Notes under the pieces: generated by a model
Databases searched by the model: none
Seen by the model: only the letters and a program-made list of their open reading frames with translations
Told to the model about the DNA's origin: nothing
In this document: positions 49,854 to 58,429 of the stretch, in pieces
Position numbering within the stretch: position 1 is the first letter of the stretch
Layout of the letters: every line of letters begins with the position of its first letter
Source of the DNA: Pseudomonadota bacterium
GTDB taxonomy: Bacteria > Pseudomonadota > Gammaproteobacteria > Francisellales > CACEW01
DNA: 61,678 nucleotides
Direction of reading: 5' to 3'
NCBI GenBank assembly: GCA_021848625.1
Contig: JAJZUD010000003.1
Coordinates: 1-61,678, forward strand
Made by a program: the position numbers and the translations under genes

Positions 49854-50436
49854 TGGCACAGACCGTGATATTCAATGTTTGGCTATAGCTTCCTGCGGGG
49901 GGGACCTGTGCAGCAGTCAAAGTGGGGAAGGAAAAGGTAAATTGACCTTGATTCGCACCGCCCACACTGGTTGTACAGGGGGTGGAGCCTGAGATGGTGG
50001 ATGAGCCAACATTGTTGATGGTCACAGTGCTCCCTGCGGTGACAGGATGTGAGGTCCCTGCACAGTCTTTGTAGCTCACAATATAGCTAGTGGATCCCAT
50101 GGGTAAAGTATTGCCAGAGGCAGGAGTAGTCCCCATTTGGAAGGTGGTGCCCGTTGCAGGGCTGACTTTGAAACCAACGGTATCTACAGCACTATCTGTG
50201 GTGACTGTTGCAGCCAAGGTGGCGGGAGTGACTGTCCCTGCAATTAAAGCAGTGGGGCTGACAGAGCTAAAAGCAGCGGCCGCATTGTTACATTGTGCGC
50301 CGTTACAAAGAATTTGAACGGTATCCGCAACAGTCGCACTGACTAAAAAAGTACCCGTTGTGACGGGCGCAGCATTCAGGGCGGCTGTGCTAGAAAAAAC
50401 GAGTGTTAATCCCAGTAAAAAATTCTTATTCTTCAT
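49837..50436 (-). CDS. Secreted pilin-like subunit (probable major pilin)
   Basis: GAGGA RBS, signal peptide ending ALNA, donor-strand-like TTGTFLVSATV, C-terminal PAGSYSQTLNITV; T/A/S/G-rich. Confidence 0.65.
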   Translation of the reverse strand: MKNKNFLLGLTLVFSSTAALNAAPVTTGTFLVSATVADTVQILCNGAQCNNAAAAFSSVSPTALIAGTVTPATLAATVTTDSAVDTVGFKVSPATGTTFQMGTTPASGNTLPMGSTSYIVSYKDCAGTSHPVTAGSTVTINNVGSSTISGSTPCTTSVGGANQGQFTFSFPTLTAAQVPPAGSYSQTLNITVCANGAGC

Positions 50437-50527
50437 TGCTTTTCCTCTTGTTTAAAAATAACTTTAGTTATTGAGTGAAGTATGATACCATAGTGCGTTT
50501 TTATGTGCAAGCAAATTTTAGAGAGTA

Positions 50528-53170
50528 GTGAGTGTGGGCAAAATAAGCTCGAAACGGAGACTGATTTATCTTGCTATGATCACTGGATTATCCTCGATAT
50601 CCAAGGTGAGCATGGCGGCTGCCCCGGCTTCTACTGCTCCGCAATTTGTGGTGCAACCTGGCCCCCCGCCTGGCTTTGAGGATGCCAATCTTAACACAGT
50701 ACAAACAAATTATATTTCTGTATATTATGCGGGGAACTTTCTTGGCAACGTCATGGGTTCGTACGATCTCAACACCGTGAAGTTGCAAAATATTGCGGAT
50801 TTAGTAGCCAAAATCCCAGGTATCACCGATCAAAAAGCAGTTGTTGCCGCCCTAAGTGGGGCCTTGCCCGATAATGCCAGTCATTTGTGTCCAGATAGTA
50901 CAGACAGTACAGAGCCGTATTGTTCGATTATTGCTCCACAAATTGCAGGAGTGATTTTTGATGCTGATAACTATAGAGCGACCATTTTTGTGAACCCACG
51001 TTATTTAAATGTGGCGCAAGTGGGAGGCGGCGGTGTTGCCACCTTGCCTGATTCCACTTCTGGCTTATCGTACTTTAGCAATAATAGTCTTGCTTTGTCA
51101 GTGTCTTCTGGGACAAATCAATACTCATTGAATAATTTAAGTGTGGTGGGAGCAGGGGATAATGCGCTTAATATCACGTCTAACTTAACCCAAACTAATT
51201 TAGATGCACAAAGTACTCAGTCGGCAGCATCCACAACCGCCTATACTTTGCAAACAGTGGATGTGACGCGCTTTAGTCAGGGCAAATATTACCAATTAGG
51301 GATGTTTACGCCTTTGACAGGAGGCTTTATTGGCAGTCCTCCCGTGCTGGGGTTGTCAATGCAAAATTATGGCATTCTGCCAAGCCAGGCACAGGGTAAT
51401 CCAGTGGAAGTGTTTTTGCCATTGCCATCGCAGGTGAGTGTGTACAAAAATGGCTATTTGATTTCAAGCCAAAGTTTTGATGCCGGGAAGCACTTGCTTG
51501 ATACTTCTACTTTCCCTAATGGTTCTTACGATATCACTTTAAAAATTACTAATAATATTGGGCAGACAACAACCCAGACGCAATTTTTTGTGAAGCAAGC
51601 TGCCCTGCCTCCTCAAGGGGAGCCTGATTATCAAGTGAGTTTAGGTGTGCTGCAAACCACAGCGAGTAGTAATTTTTCGAGCGAGAATATCAATTTACCA
51701 GCTTTTGAGGCCGAGCCAATTTTTAATTATACTGAAACGCGTAAATTGGGCCTGGAGTTTGGCTTGCAATCTACGTTGATTTCCAACTTTAATCGTGCCT
51801 ATTTAACCGAAGCTATTAATTACTACGGGGTGAGTTGGCAGCTTTCTCCGGGTGCATTAGGCTCAAACAATGGGCAATACGGATGGTTGTTTAATGCGAT
51901 TTTTACGCCCGTGATGTGGCCCGCTTTTAATTTTAGTTCAAATAACCAGAAAATTTATAATTCAGCTAATGATAATACCAGTAGTGCCTCCCAGACTGGG
52001 AGTGATTTTTCCCCTGTGTCTTCCACCAGCTTTCAGTCGAATAATACCGCCAACTTACAAGTGGGTTCACGTTCCAGTATTAGTGCAAGCTTGCAGTACA
52101 ATCAGGCCGCGGGCGAGGGGACCCAAATGCAATATGGATTAAGCTGGACGCAAACGCTTTTTTCAAGCCCTTTGATGACTTGGCAGTTGTCTTCTTCAGT
52201 GACAGATTCTACGGGGTCTGAGGCCACGGTTTCGGTTGCTTTAAGTGCCTCTTTCAATACCGTGTACGATATTGGTGTGACAGCAGGTGCAGGCTACAGC
52301 AATGCCAATACGATTACCAATGCTAATGGCAGTACTTACACGGTTTACAAGCCGAATTACAGTCTTGGTATCAATAAAAATACAATTTGGGGTGCGAATA
52401 ATCAAAATAATCTATCTGTTTCGGCCAGTACCACGCAAACTTACTCGAATAGTTCGAACCAGATTATGGCCAATTACCTGTCTGATCTCTTTACGGGTAA
52501 TCTTAACTTTACCAATACCATCTCGAAACAGTTTACCAATAATAATGGCAGCATTACTTCGAATGCGACGACGATTAACCAATTGACGGGTACCTTCCAA
52601 AGCAATTTGGCCTTTGTGGGTGGGCATTTCTCTGGAGGGTATGAGCAAGGCAATGATGCAGGGGTGATGGTTGGAGTGACCTCGCCTACGCCAACTAAAG
52701 TCGATGTCTTTATCAATAATCAACGTCAAGGTCAGGTCAATAGCGGGTCTTCCTCAGCCTTCTTTGTGCCCGCTTATGGGACTTATAATGTGACGATTCA
52801 GCCCGCTGGTGTCGGTGAGTTTGGCTTTGATGATCGCCCGAAACAAGTGACTTTATATGCGGGGAATATTCAGTATTTACAGTGGACTTTAGTGAAGGAA
52901 TTTGTCTTGTTTGCGCAAATTGTAGACCAAAAAGGCCAGCCGTTACCCAATTTGTTAATGCTCGGCAATAATCCCAGTGACTTTAATGTGACAGATGATC
53001 ATGGGTATATTCAAGCGAATATCCAAAGTAATCAAGCCACGCTCGAATTTAAAAATGAGGCAGGGAAGGATTGCATTGCAACCCTGAAAGAGAGCGAAGT
53101 GGCGAAGGATGATCAAGAAGATTTGGTCGTGCTGCAACATCCGTTGGTCTGTGTGCCGGCTAGCCAATAG
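50528..53170 (+). CDS. Fimbrial outer-membrane usher (EcpC/TcfC/CS1 alternate chaperone-usher type)
   Basis: Signal peptide, PPPGFE motif, N-terminal Cys pair, plug motif PSQVSVYKNGYLISSQSFDAG...FPNGSYDITL, C-terminal Cys pair; 880 aa. Confidence 0.85.
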   Translation: MSVGKISSKRRLIYLAMITGLSSISKVSMAAAPASTAPQFVVQPGPPPGFEDANLNTVQTNYISVYYAGNFLGNVMGSYDLNTVKLQNIADLVAKIPGITDQKAVVAALSGALPDNASHLCPDSTDSTEPYCSIIAPQIAGVIFDADNYRATIFVNPRYLNVAQVGGGGVATLPDSTSGLSYFSNNSLALSVSSGTNQYSLNNLSVVGAGDNALNITSNLTQTNLDAQSTQSAASTTAYTLQTVDVTRFSQGKYYQLGMFTPLTGGFIGSPPVLGLSMQNYGILPSQAQGNPVEVFLPLPSQVSVYKNGYLISSQSFDAGKHLLDTSTFPNGSYDITLKITNNIGQTTTQTQFFVKQAALPPQGEPDYQVSLGVLQTTASSNFSSENINLPAFEAEPIFNYTETRKLGLEFGLQSTLISNFNRAYLTEAINYYGVSWQLSPGALGSNNGQYGWLFNAIFTPVMWPAFNFSSNNQKIYNSANDNTSSASQTGSDFSPVSSTSFQSNNTANLQVGSRSSISASLQYNQAAGEGTQMQYGLSWTQTLFSSPLMTWQLSSSVTDSTGSEATVSVALSASFNTVYDIGVTAGAGYSNANTITNANGSTYTVYKPNYSLGINKNTIWGANNQNNLSVSASTTQTYSNSSNQIMANYLSDLFTGNLNFTNTISKQFTNNNGSITSNATTINQLTGTFQSNLAFVGGHFSGGYEQGNDAGVMVGVTSPTPTKVDVFINNQRQGQVNSGSSSAFFVPAYGTYNVTIQPAGVGEFGFDDRPKQVTLYAGNIQYLQWTLVKEFVLFAQIVDQKGQPLPNLLMLGNNPSDFNVTDDHGYIQANIQSNQATLEFKNEAGKDCIATLKESEVAKDDQEDLVVLQHPLVCVPASQ

Positions 53171-53191
53171 CAAGGGAAAATAGAAGGTGCT

Positions 53192-53220
53192 TTGCTTTAA
53201 AAATCAATCTATGCTAGGAT
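53192..53220 (+). promoter_or_regulatory. Candidate promoter with extended -10 and C at -13 (RpoS-like)
   Basis: TTGCTT (53192-53197), 17 bp, TGC-TAGGAT (-10 at 53215-53220), upstream of the basic tail-anchored protein. Confidence 0.45.
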
Positions 53221-53279
53221 GAAATGGAGGATTATTGAAATAAGATTTAATTTATATATCAGCCAAACCAGAGGTGATC

Positions 53280-53546
53280 ATGCCCACTAAAACAGTTAAA
53301 GAAAAAGCCAGTCCGGCTTCAAAAAAAACAAGCACGACCTCAAAGAAAGCCAGCACGACTTCAAATAAGGTCAAGCCAACAGTGAAAAAGGCTGTGCCAT
53401 CTAAAAAAGCGAGTTCATCAAAAAAAGTAGCCAAAAGTTGGATCAGTCATGTGCAAGGCCATCCGCTCAAAAGCTTATTGTTGTGTGGCGCCGCGGTGGG
53501 CTTGGTGGTTAAAAAGTTGCTGAAAAAAAATAAGCAGAAATCTTAG
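53280..53546 (+). CDS. Small Lys/Ser/Thr-rich protein with ElaB/YqjD-like C-terminal anchor
   Basis: GAGGTG RBS, repeats SKKTSTT/SKKASTT/SKKASSS, then HVQGHPLKSLLLCGAAVGLVV followed by a basic tail. Confidence 0.75.
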   Translation: MPTKTVKEKASPASKKTSTTSKKASTTSNKVKPTVKKAVPSKKASSSKKVAKSWISHVQGHPLKSLLLCGAAVGLVVKKLLKKNKQKS

Positions 53547-54396
53547 ATAGTGTCGTCACAAGATAAAAAGTGTGATATACTTATCCTTGTTTTATGGCTA
53601 AAAGCAGGGAGAAATAATGGCGGAGAAAGCAGCGCACAGACGGCATGACATAACGGATCGCGTATGGAATATTTTGGAGCTCCATTTGCCTGGACGAGAA
53701 GGCGTATGGGGAGGGGTGGCGAAGGACAATCGTCAATTTATCGACGCAGTCTTCTGGATTTTACGCACAGGTGCGCCTTGGCGTGATTTGCCGCCTGATT
53801 ATGGCGATTGGAAGAACACTCACCGGCGCTTCTGCCGCTGGCGCGATAAAGGGATCTGGGAGGGCTTATTGGAAAAGCTGATTGAAGATCCTGATTATGA
53901 ATGGCTGATGATAGACGCAAGTCATATCAAAGTTCATCCCCATGCGGCGGGAGCGAAAGGCGGAAATCAAATGATGAGTCGCGCAAAAGGGGGCTCAACA
54001 CAAAACTACATTTGGCCGTGGATGCGCATGGTATGCCAGTCAGAATACTTATTACGGAAGGTACCACCGCGGATTGCACTCAAGCTACAAGGCTCATAGA
54101 AGGAATTGACGCAGATTATCTGCTGGCAGACAAAGGTTATGACACAGACGAAATTGTTGATGGCGCCAAATCACGTGATATTGAGCCTGTCATCCCTCCA
54201 AAACGCAATCGCAAAGAGCTTCGAGAATTTGATAGAGATCTCTACAAGCTGAGACATCTGGTTGAGAATGCATTCTTGCATATCAAGCGCTGGCGCGGAA
54301 TTGCCACGCGCTATGCAAAGAATTCCGCCTCGTTCCTCGCAGCGATTCAAATTCGGTGTTTAGCAATTTGGACTTGTATCTTGTGACGACACTATC
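53546..54396 (+). mobile_element. IS5-family (IS427-like group) insertion sequence, 851 bp
   Basis: Perfect 20-bp terminal IRs GATAGTGTCGTCACAAGATA (53546-53565) / TATCTTGTGACGACACTATC (54377-54396), flanked by a TA duplication (53544-45, 54397-98). Confidence 0.95.
53617..54386 (+). CDS. IS5-family transposase in two ORFs (53617-54099 and a -1 frame ending 54386), probably joined by -1 frameshift
   Basis: orfA: WILRTGAPWRDLP, MIDAS. orfB: TKLHLAVDAHG, ADKGYD, YKLRHLVENAF..IKRWRGIATRYAK. Slippery AAAAGGGGG at 53985-53993. Confidence 0.92.
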
Positions 54397-56165
54397 TAGA
54401 AAGAGTACGCCAAACCAACTGTACTTAAGACTTCACGCGTAGTGCTGTTGGGTTCGTCAGAAGATCCAGAGGTCGTTTCGTTTGCGCCCCCTTGATTGAA
54501 GGTGATGGAGTAAGGCATGTTTTGGCTTTGGCCGTAAGAGAAGTGGAAATAGCTAAAATTGGCGAGAAAATGCCAGTTGCCGCTAAAGCGGTCATCGCTT
54601 CCAAAGCCGATTTGATAATAGTTGCGTGCCCCAAGATGGTAGGTGTTTTCCTGGGTGAAGTTGACTGGGAGTGCCGGGTCAAAGGTGGTAGTGTTCCAGG
54701 TAAACATTTGTGCATCAAAAGTGTGCCCCATTTCGCCAAAGGCGCTCAAGACCCAGCGTTGCGTAACAGCCCATTGGCCCAACATGCCAAGGCCATACCA
54801 GCCGTTGCTGTAGGTTTCTGCGTGGGCATCGAGCAGGACGTCGTTATACGGTGAGCCAGCAACGTCGCGCAACCAGCGATAATAACCCCCTGTTAAATAG
54901 GGCGTTAACGCAACAGAATGATTGGGTGAGGGAAAGAGTTGATAACCAAGTCGACCAGAAAAATTGGTAAAAGTATTGCGCGTACTGGTGTTAAAACCGA
55001 CACCCGATTGATTTAATGCACCAATGTAATTAGTTGTCCCTGTGCCAATATTCAAGCTGACTTGGGTATAAATCGGTCCAAAAGTTTTGCTGAGGTCAAT
55101 CCCAAAATCAGGAACGCCTCCAGCCTGTCGGTCAGCATAGTGGGATTGGCCGTTGCTGGTTTCGCCATAGTTTTGATAGAGCTGCCCGATATTCAAGCCA
55201 GCCTGATTATTGGCTGCATAGAGAGGAGCAGGAGGAAGCGCTTCTCCTGATTCACCTAGTTCAGATTTTCCCCAGTTGAGCCCGCCAAAGTGATAAGCAA
55301 GGCCCAGGGTATAAAAAAGCGAATATTCATCGAGGCTGGGGTACTCGAAGTAGGCATTGGGGCTCGTCGTCCCGCCCCCTAAGCTCTCTTCTGCATAATT
55401 GATGTTGAAGAGCCCATGCAATGCTGAAGTCAATGCATAATCACTGCCCAAACCAATCTGCCAAAAGGGTTGATTGGCTAGGCGGGCTTCTTGGTTAATC
55501 ACCGTGGGGACATTTTGGCCACTGTCACTGTAAACGCCTGCAACATTGGAGCGCATCCAAGGATTAAAACTTTCGCCAAAGCTGGCGTCAATACTCAGCA
55601 CCCAAGCAGGTGTCGCGGCCCATTGTCCCAGCAACCCAAGGCCAATAAAACCCGATTGGATAATTTGCGTATTGCCATTGGCTGTAAAATTAGGATAGAA
55701 ATTTAAAGCATAGATATTATTGGTCAGTGCCAAATTGCTAGTGCCTCCGGTATCGATTTGCGATTGATTGTAACCGAGAGTCAGGTAAGGGGTGAGCGTC
55801 GTGGTGAGGGATGTGGTAAAGGTCCAGCCTAGACGGCCTGCGATTTGCAGTGCAAAATAATGTGCGCCACTTAAATGGGCTGTGTTATAGCTAAGATCGT
55901 TGTTGATTAAGTCTGTGGTGAGTTGCGTATAGAGTGGGCCAAAGGTTTTAGTCACACCCAGCTTCGTACCGAAAACGCTATCCCCATTCATATCACCAAG
56001 ATTTAAGCTGTGATTACTTGGGCTGTTGCTATAGTCAAAATTTTGCTGGCCGAGCACCAAGTCAATAAACGCCTCGTTGTTTACTGCATTAATCGCTGAA
56101 TTTTCAGCATAGGCAGAAGACAAGAGGCCGCTGCAGGCCAAGATAAAAACTAGGTACTTCTGCAT
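54396..56165 (-). CDS. Outer-membrane protein with two tandem beta-barrel-like repeats
   Basis: Signal peptide, alternating aromatic/Gly strands, terminal beta-signal GLAYSF, and an internal duplicate half ending GLAYHF at residue 293. Confidence 0.85.
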   Translation of the reverse strand: MQKYLVFILACSGLLSSAYAENSAINAVNNEAFIDLVLGQQNFDYSNSPSNHSLNLGDMNGDSVFGTKLGVTKTFGPLYTQLTTDLINNDLSYNTAHLSGAHYFALQIAGRLGWTFTTSLTTTLTPYLTLGYNQSQIDTGGTSNLALTNNIYALNFYPNFTANGNTQIIQSGFIGLGLLGQWAATPAWVLSIDASFGESFNPWMRSNVAGVYSDSGQNVPTVINQEARLANQPFWQIGLGSDYALTSALHGLFNINYAEESLGGGTTSPNAYFEYPSLDEYSLFYTLGLAYHFGGLNWGKSELGESGEALPPAPLYAANNQAGLNIGQLYQNYGETSNGQSHYADRQAGGVPDFGIDLSKTFGPIYTQVSLNIGTGTTNYIGALNQSGVGFNTSTRNTFTNFSGRLGYQLFPSPNHSVALTPYLTGGYYRWLRDVAGSPYNDVLLDAHAETYSNGWYGLGMLGQWAVTQRWVLSAFGEMGHTFDAQMFTWNTTTFDPALPVNFTQENTYHLGARNYYQIGFGSDDRFSGNWHFLANFSYFHFSYGQSQNMPYSITFNQGGANETTSGSSDEPNSTTREVLSTVGLAYSF

Positions 56166-56198
56166 CTATATCATGGCTCCAAAAGGCTCAGAGCGAAT

Positions 56199-56546
56199 TT
56201 AGTTGTTTCGGGCACTCACATTGCTGGTGAGGTGATTTTGGACCTGAGTGACTCCACTAACGCCGGCGGCTACTTTTTCAGCAAGAGGAACTTGGGCCTG
56301 ATTATGTACAGTACCACTCAAAGTGACTACACCATTGCCTTCGACTTTAACTTTAATGTCATTGGGCTCCAAGCCTGGCGTATTGAAAAAAGCCGTGTAT
56401 ACTTGTTCCATTAGCGCTTTATTTGCAGTTGTTTGGGTGCTTGTCTGCGTTGAGTCGGCAAAAGAAAATGCGGGGTAGAGCACGCCAAGGCTGCCTAAGG
56501 CAAGGCCGGCAGTCATTGCAATTTTGCGTAGTGTTAAGCGAGTCAT
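56199..56546 (-). CDS. Periplasmic single BON-domain protein (OsmY-like)
   Basis: Signal peptide, IKVKVEGNGVVTLSGTV...AEKVAAGVSGVTQVQNHL; AGGAG RBS. Confidence 0.9.
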   Translation of the reverse strand: MTRLTLRKIAMTAGLALGSLGVLYPAFSFADSTQTSTQTTANKALMEQVYTAFFNTPGLEPNDIKVKVEGNGVVTLSGTVHNQAQVPLAEKVAAGVSGVTQVQNHLTSNVSARNN

Positions 56547-56616
56547 TTTTTTCTCCTGTTTTTTCTCTGGATAATAGAGGGAATATACGCCAGAACTGTT
56601 TCAATTGCAATGCATT

Positions 56617-58008
56617 TCAAAGAGAATATCCAGAAGGAGTGGGCGTAGGTTGAGGATTCCGTGCTTCTTCGGCAATGATGGGTTTTTTCTCTATATAGCT
56701 ATAGCGAGAAAACAAGCGAGAAAAGCCTGGAATTCGTGAGGCATATTTACTGCTTTCAATATAATCAGCAATAGTATGCCCAAGCGGATCTGCTACATCG
56801 GCGGCAATTGCGGTTCCTTTTGCGTGTTGGTCGGCCAAAAATTGAATCAGGCCAGGATGGTCCTTTGAGAGTGCGACCATCCAAAGCGTTATCCCCTCTC
56901 GTGTTGCTAGATCAAGGCGTGCGCCATAGCGAACTAACAGCGCTAGGTGAGCCACATGTCCATGTAAAGTTGCAATATAAGCTGCGGTCTCTCCTTTGGC
57001 ATTTCCCGCATCAAGTTCAATGCCAGGAGTTTGACAAAGTTTTTCTAAAGCGGGTTCGCCAAGAGGATCCCGTGCAGCAGTGAGTAGAGGAGTCGCCAAA
57101 ATATCCTGTCCGCTTTGAGCATTAGCAGCGCTTGGATTAAGATTAAGCATTTTTTCCATCGCAGTCAGATCTCGGGTCTGAACGGCAAAAGTGATTTCAA
57201 ATGATTCTGGTGGGCCATCCAGAATCAAACCACTCCAAAAAGATTCCAGTGCATAGTGGGCGCCTTTGCCTCGAAAATACTGTTCAAATTCTGATGCTGT
57301 GACTGCTTGAATCGTCCCTCTATAAAAATGGAGAATTCTGAATTTTGAGTGTGGAAGTTTTTCAACTAAGAAAAAATGACGCCCATAACCATATCGCATT
57401 TTGTTGATGGTTTGTAAGCGATAACTGGTCTCGACGGCCCCATCAAATAACCGAGAAAAAGAGGCTGGTAAGCGTCCTGTTTGGACCAAATTTGGTGGGT
57501 AAGCATTGATTTTTGATGCCAGTGCAGCGGCGGATTCAGCCTGCAATTTCCATCCAGGCCGGAGCGGGGTCTCTGTACATTCTGGGGCGACAAGCTCGGC
57601 GTCGTGTTGCCCTTTGAGAGAGGGGAGGTCAGGGCTTTGGGATAAATACTCAAGATAAGCCAAATGCCTGGGGTCAGTGCTTTCTGGAGTTTGTAGATCA
57701 GTCCAAAAGTCTTCAAGAGCCTCATTATCAGCAAGAAAAGCCAGTCGTGAGAGGCGTTCATCTAAGAGGAAGGGGTTGTAGGGTTTTGAGGCATCAAAAT
57801 AGAAAGAAAGAGGGCGACTCCATGACTGGTTAAAAAAAGTGGCATGATCGGGTAGGGGATCAAAATCACAGCTCGCAGCGCTAGACTTAATCTGAGTAAA
57901 AGGCTCTTCCAAGATATTGAGCAGGCCAAAGCTTGCAGCGATGATAGAGAGTAAAATCCAAAAGCGTGAAGGGGGCGCTTGATGGTGGTGACGTTTTTTA
58001 GTGGGCAT
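56617..58008 (-). CDS. Ankyrin-repeat protein with N-terminal TM and unknown middle domain
   Basis: Ank-like repeats TPLLTAA, GETAAYIATLHGHVAHLALLVRYGA, GITLWMVALSKDHPGLIQFL, GHTIADY; hydrophobic segment at about aa 16-33. Confidence 0.8.
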   Translation of the reverse strand: MPTKKRHHHQAPPSRFWILLSIIAASFGLLNILEEPFTQIKSSAASCDFDPLPDHATFFNQSWSRPLSFYFDASKPYNPFLLDERLSRLAFLADNEALEDFWTDLQTPESTDPRHLAYLEYLSQSPDLPSLKGQHDAELVAPECTETPLRPGWKLQAESAAALASKINAYPPNLVQTGRLPASFSRLFDGAVETSYRLQTINKMRYGYGRHFFLVEKLPHSKFRILHFYRGTIQAVTASEFEQYFRGKGAHYALESFWSGLILDGPPESFEITFAVQTRDLTAMEKMLNLNPSAANAQSGQDILATPLLTAARDPLGEPALEKLCQTPGIELDAGNAKGETAAYIATLHGHVAHLALLVRYGARLDLATREGITLWMVALSKDHPGLIQFLADQHAKGTAIAADVADPLGHTIADYIESSKYASRIPGFSRLFSRYSYIEKKPIIAEEARNPQPTPTPSGYSL

Positions 58009-58079
58009 GCTTCTTTTATGTTTTGCTATTGTGAGTGCGCTATATTAGAGATTTTAGCTTGCTGATGCAATAAAATTTC

Positions 58080-58108
58080 TTGAAAAGAAAAGAGGTCCTG
58101 GGTACAAT
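58080..58108 (+). promoter_or_regulatory. Candidate sigma70 promoter of gatCAB
   Basis: TTGAAA (58080-85), 17 bp, TACAAT (58103-08). Confidence 0.6.
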
Positions 58109-58132
58109 GATCGATCAATTAACCCTGAGGAT

Positions 58133-58420
58133 ATGAAGATGGATGCGGAAACAGTCAAGAAAATGGCAAATTTAGCGCGCATTCGAATTCAAGAGGATGA
58201 ATTTGAGTACTTTCAGGCTGCGCTTGCTAAAATGGTCAACCTGTCAAATCGCTTGTTGCAATTTGATGCCAAAGGGGTGGAGCCTATGTACCAGCCCCAT
58301 GAGCGTGTGCAATTTTTACGTGAAGATGAAGTGACTGAAATCAATCAGCGCGATCTTTATCTGAATTTAGCCCCTGCAAGCATTGCAGGTTTATACCTTG
58401 TTCCCAAAGTCATTGAATAG
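58133..58420 (+). CDS. gatC: Asp/Glu-tRNA amidotransferase subunit C
   Basis: KMANLARI, VEPM, LREDEV, YLVPKVIE; upstream of gatA. Confidence 0.96.
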   Translation: MKMDAETVKKMANLARIRIQEDEFEYFQAALAKMVNLSNRLLQFDAKGVEPMYQPHERVQFLREDEVTEINQRDLYLNLAPASIAGLYLVPKVIE

Positions 58421-58429
58421 GAAGCATCT

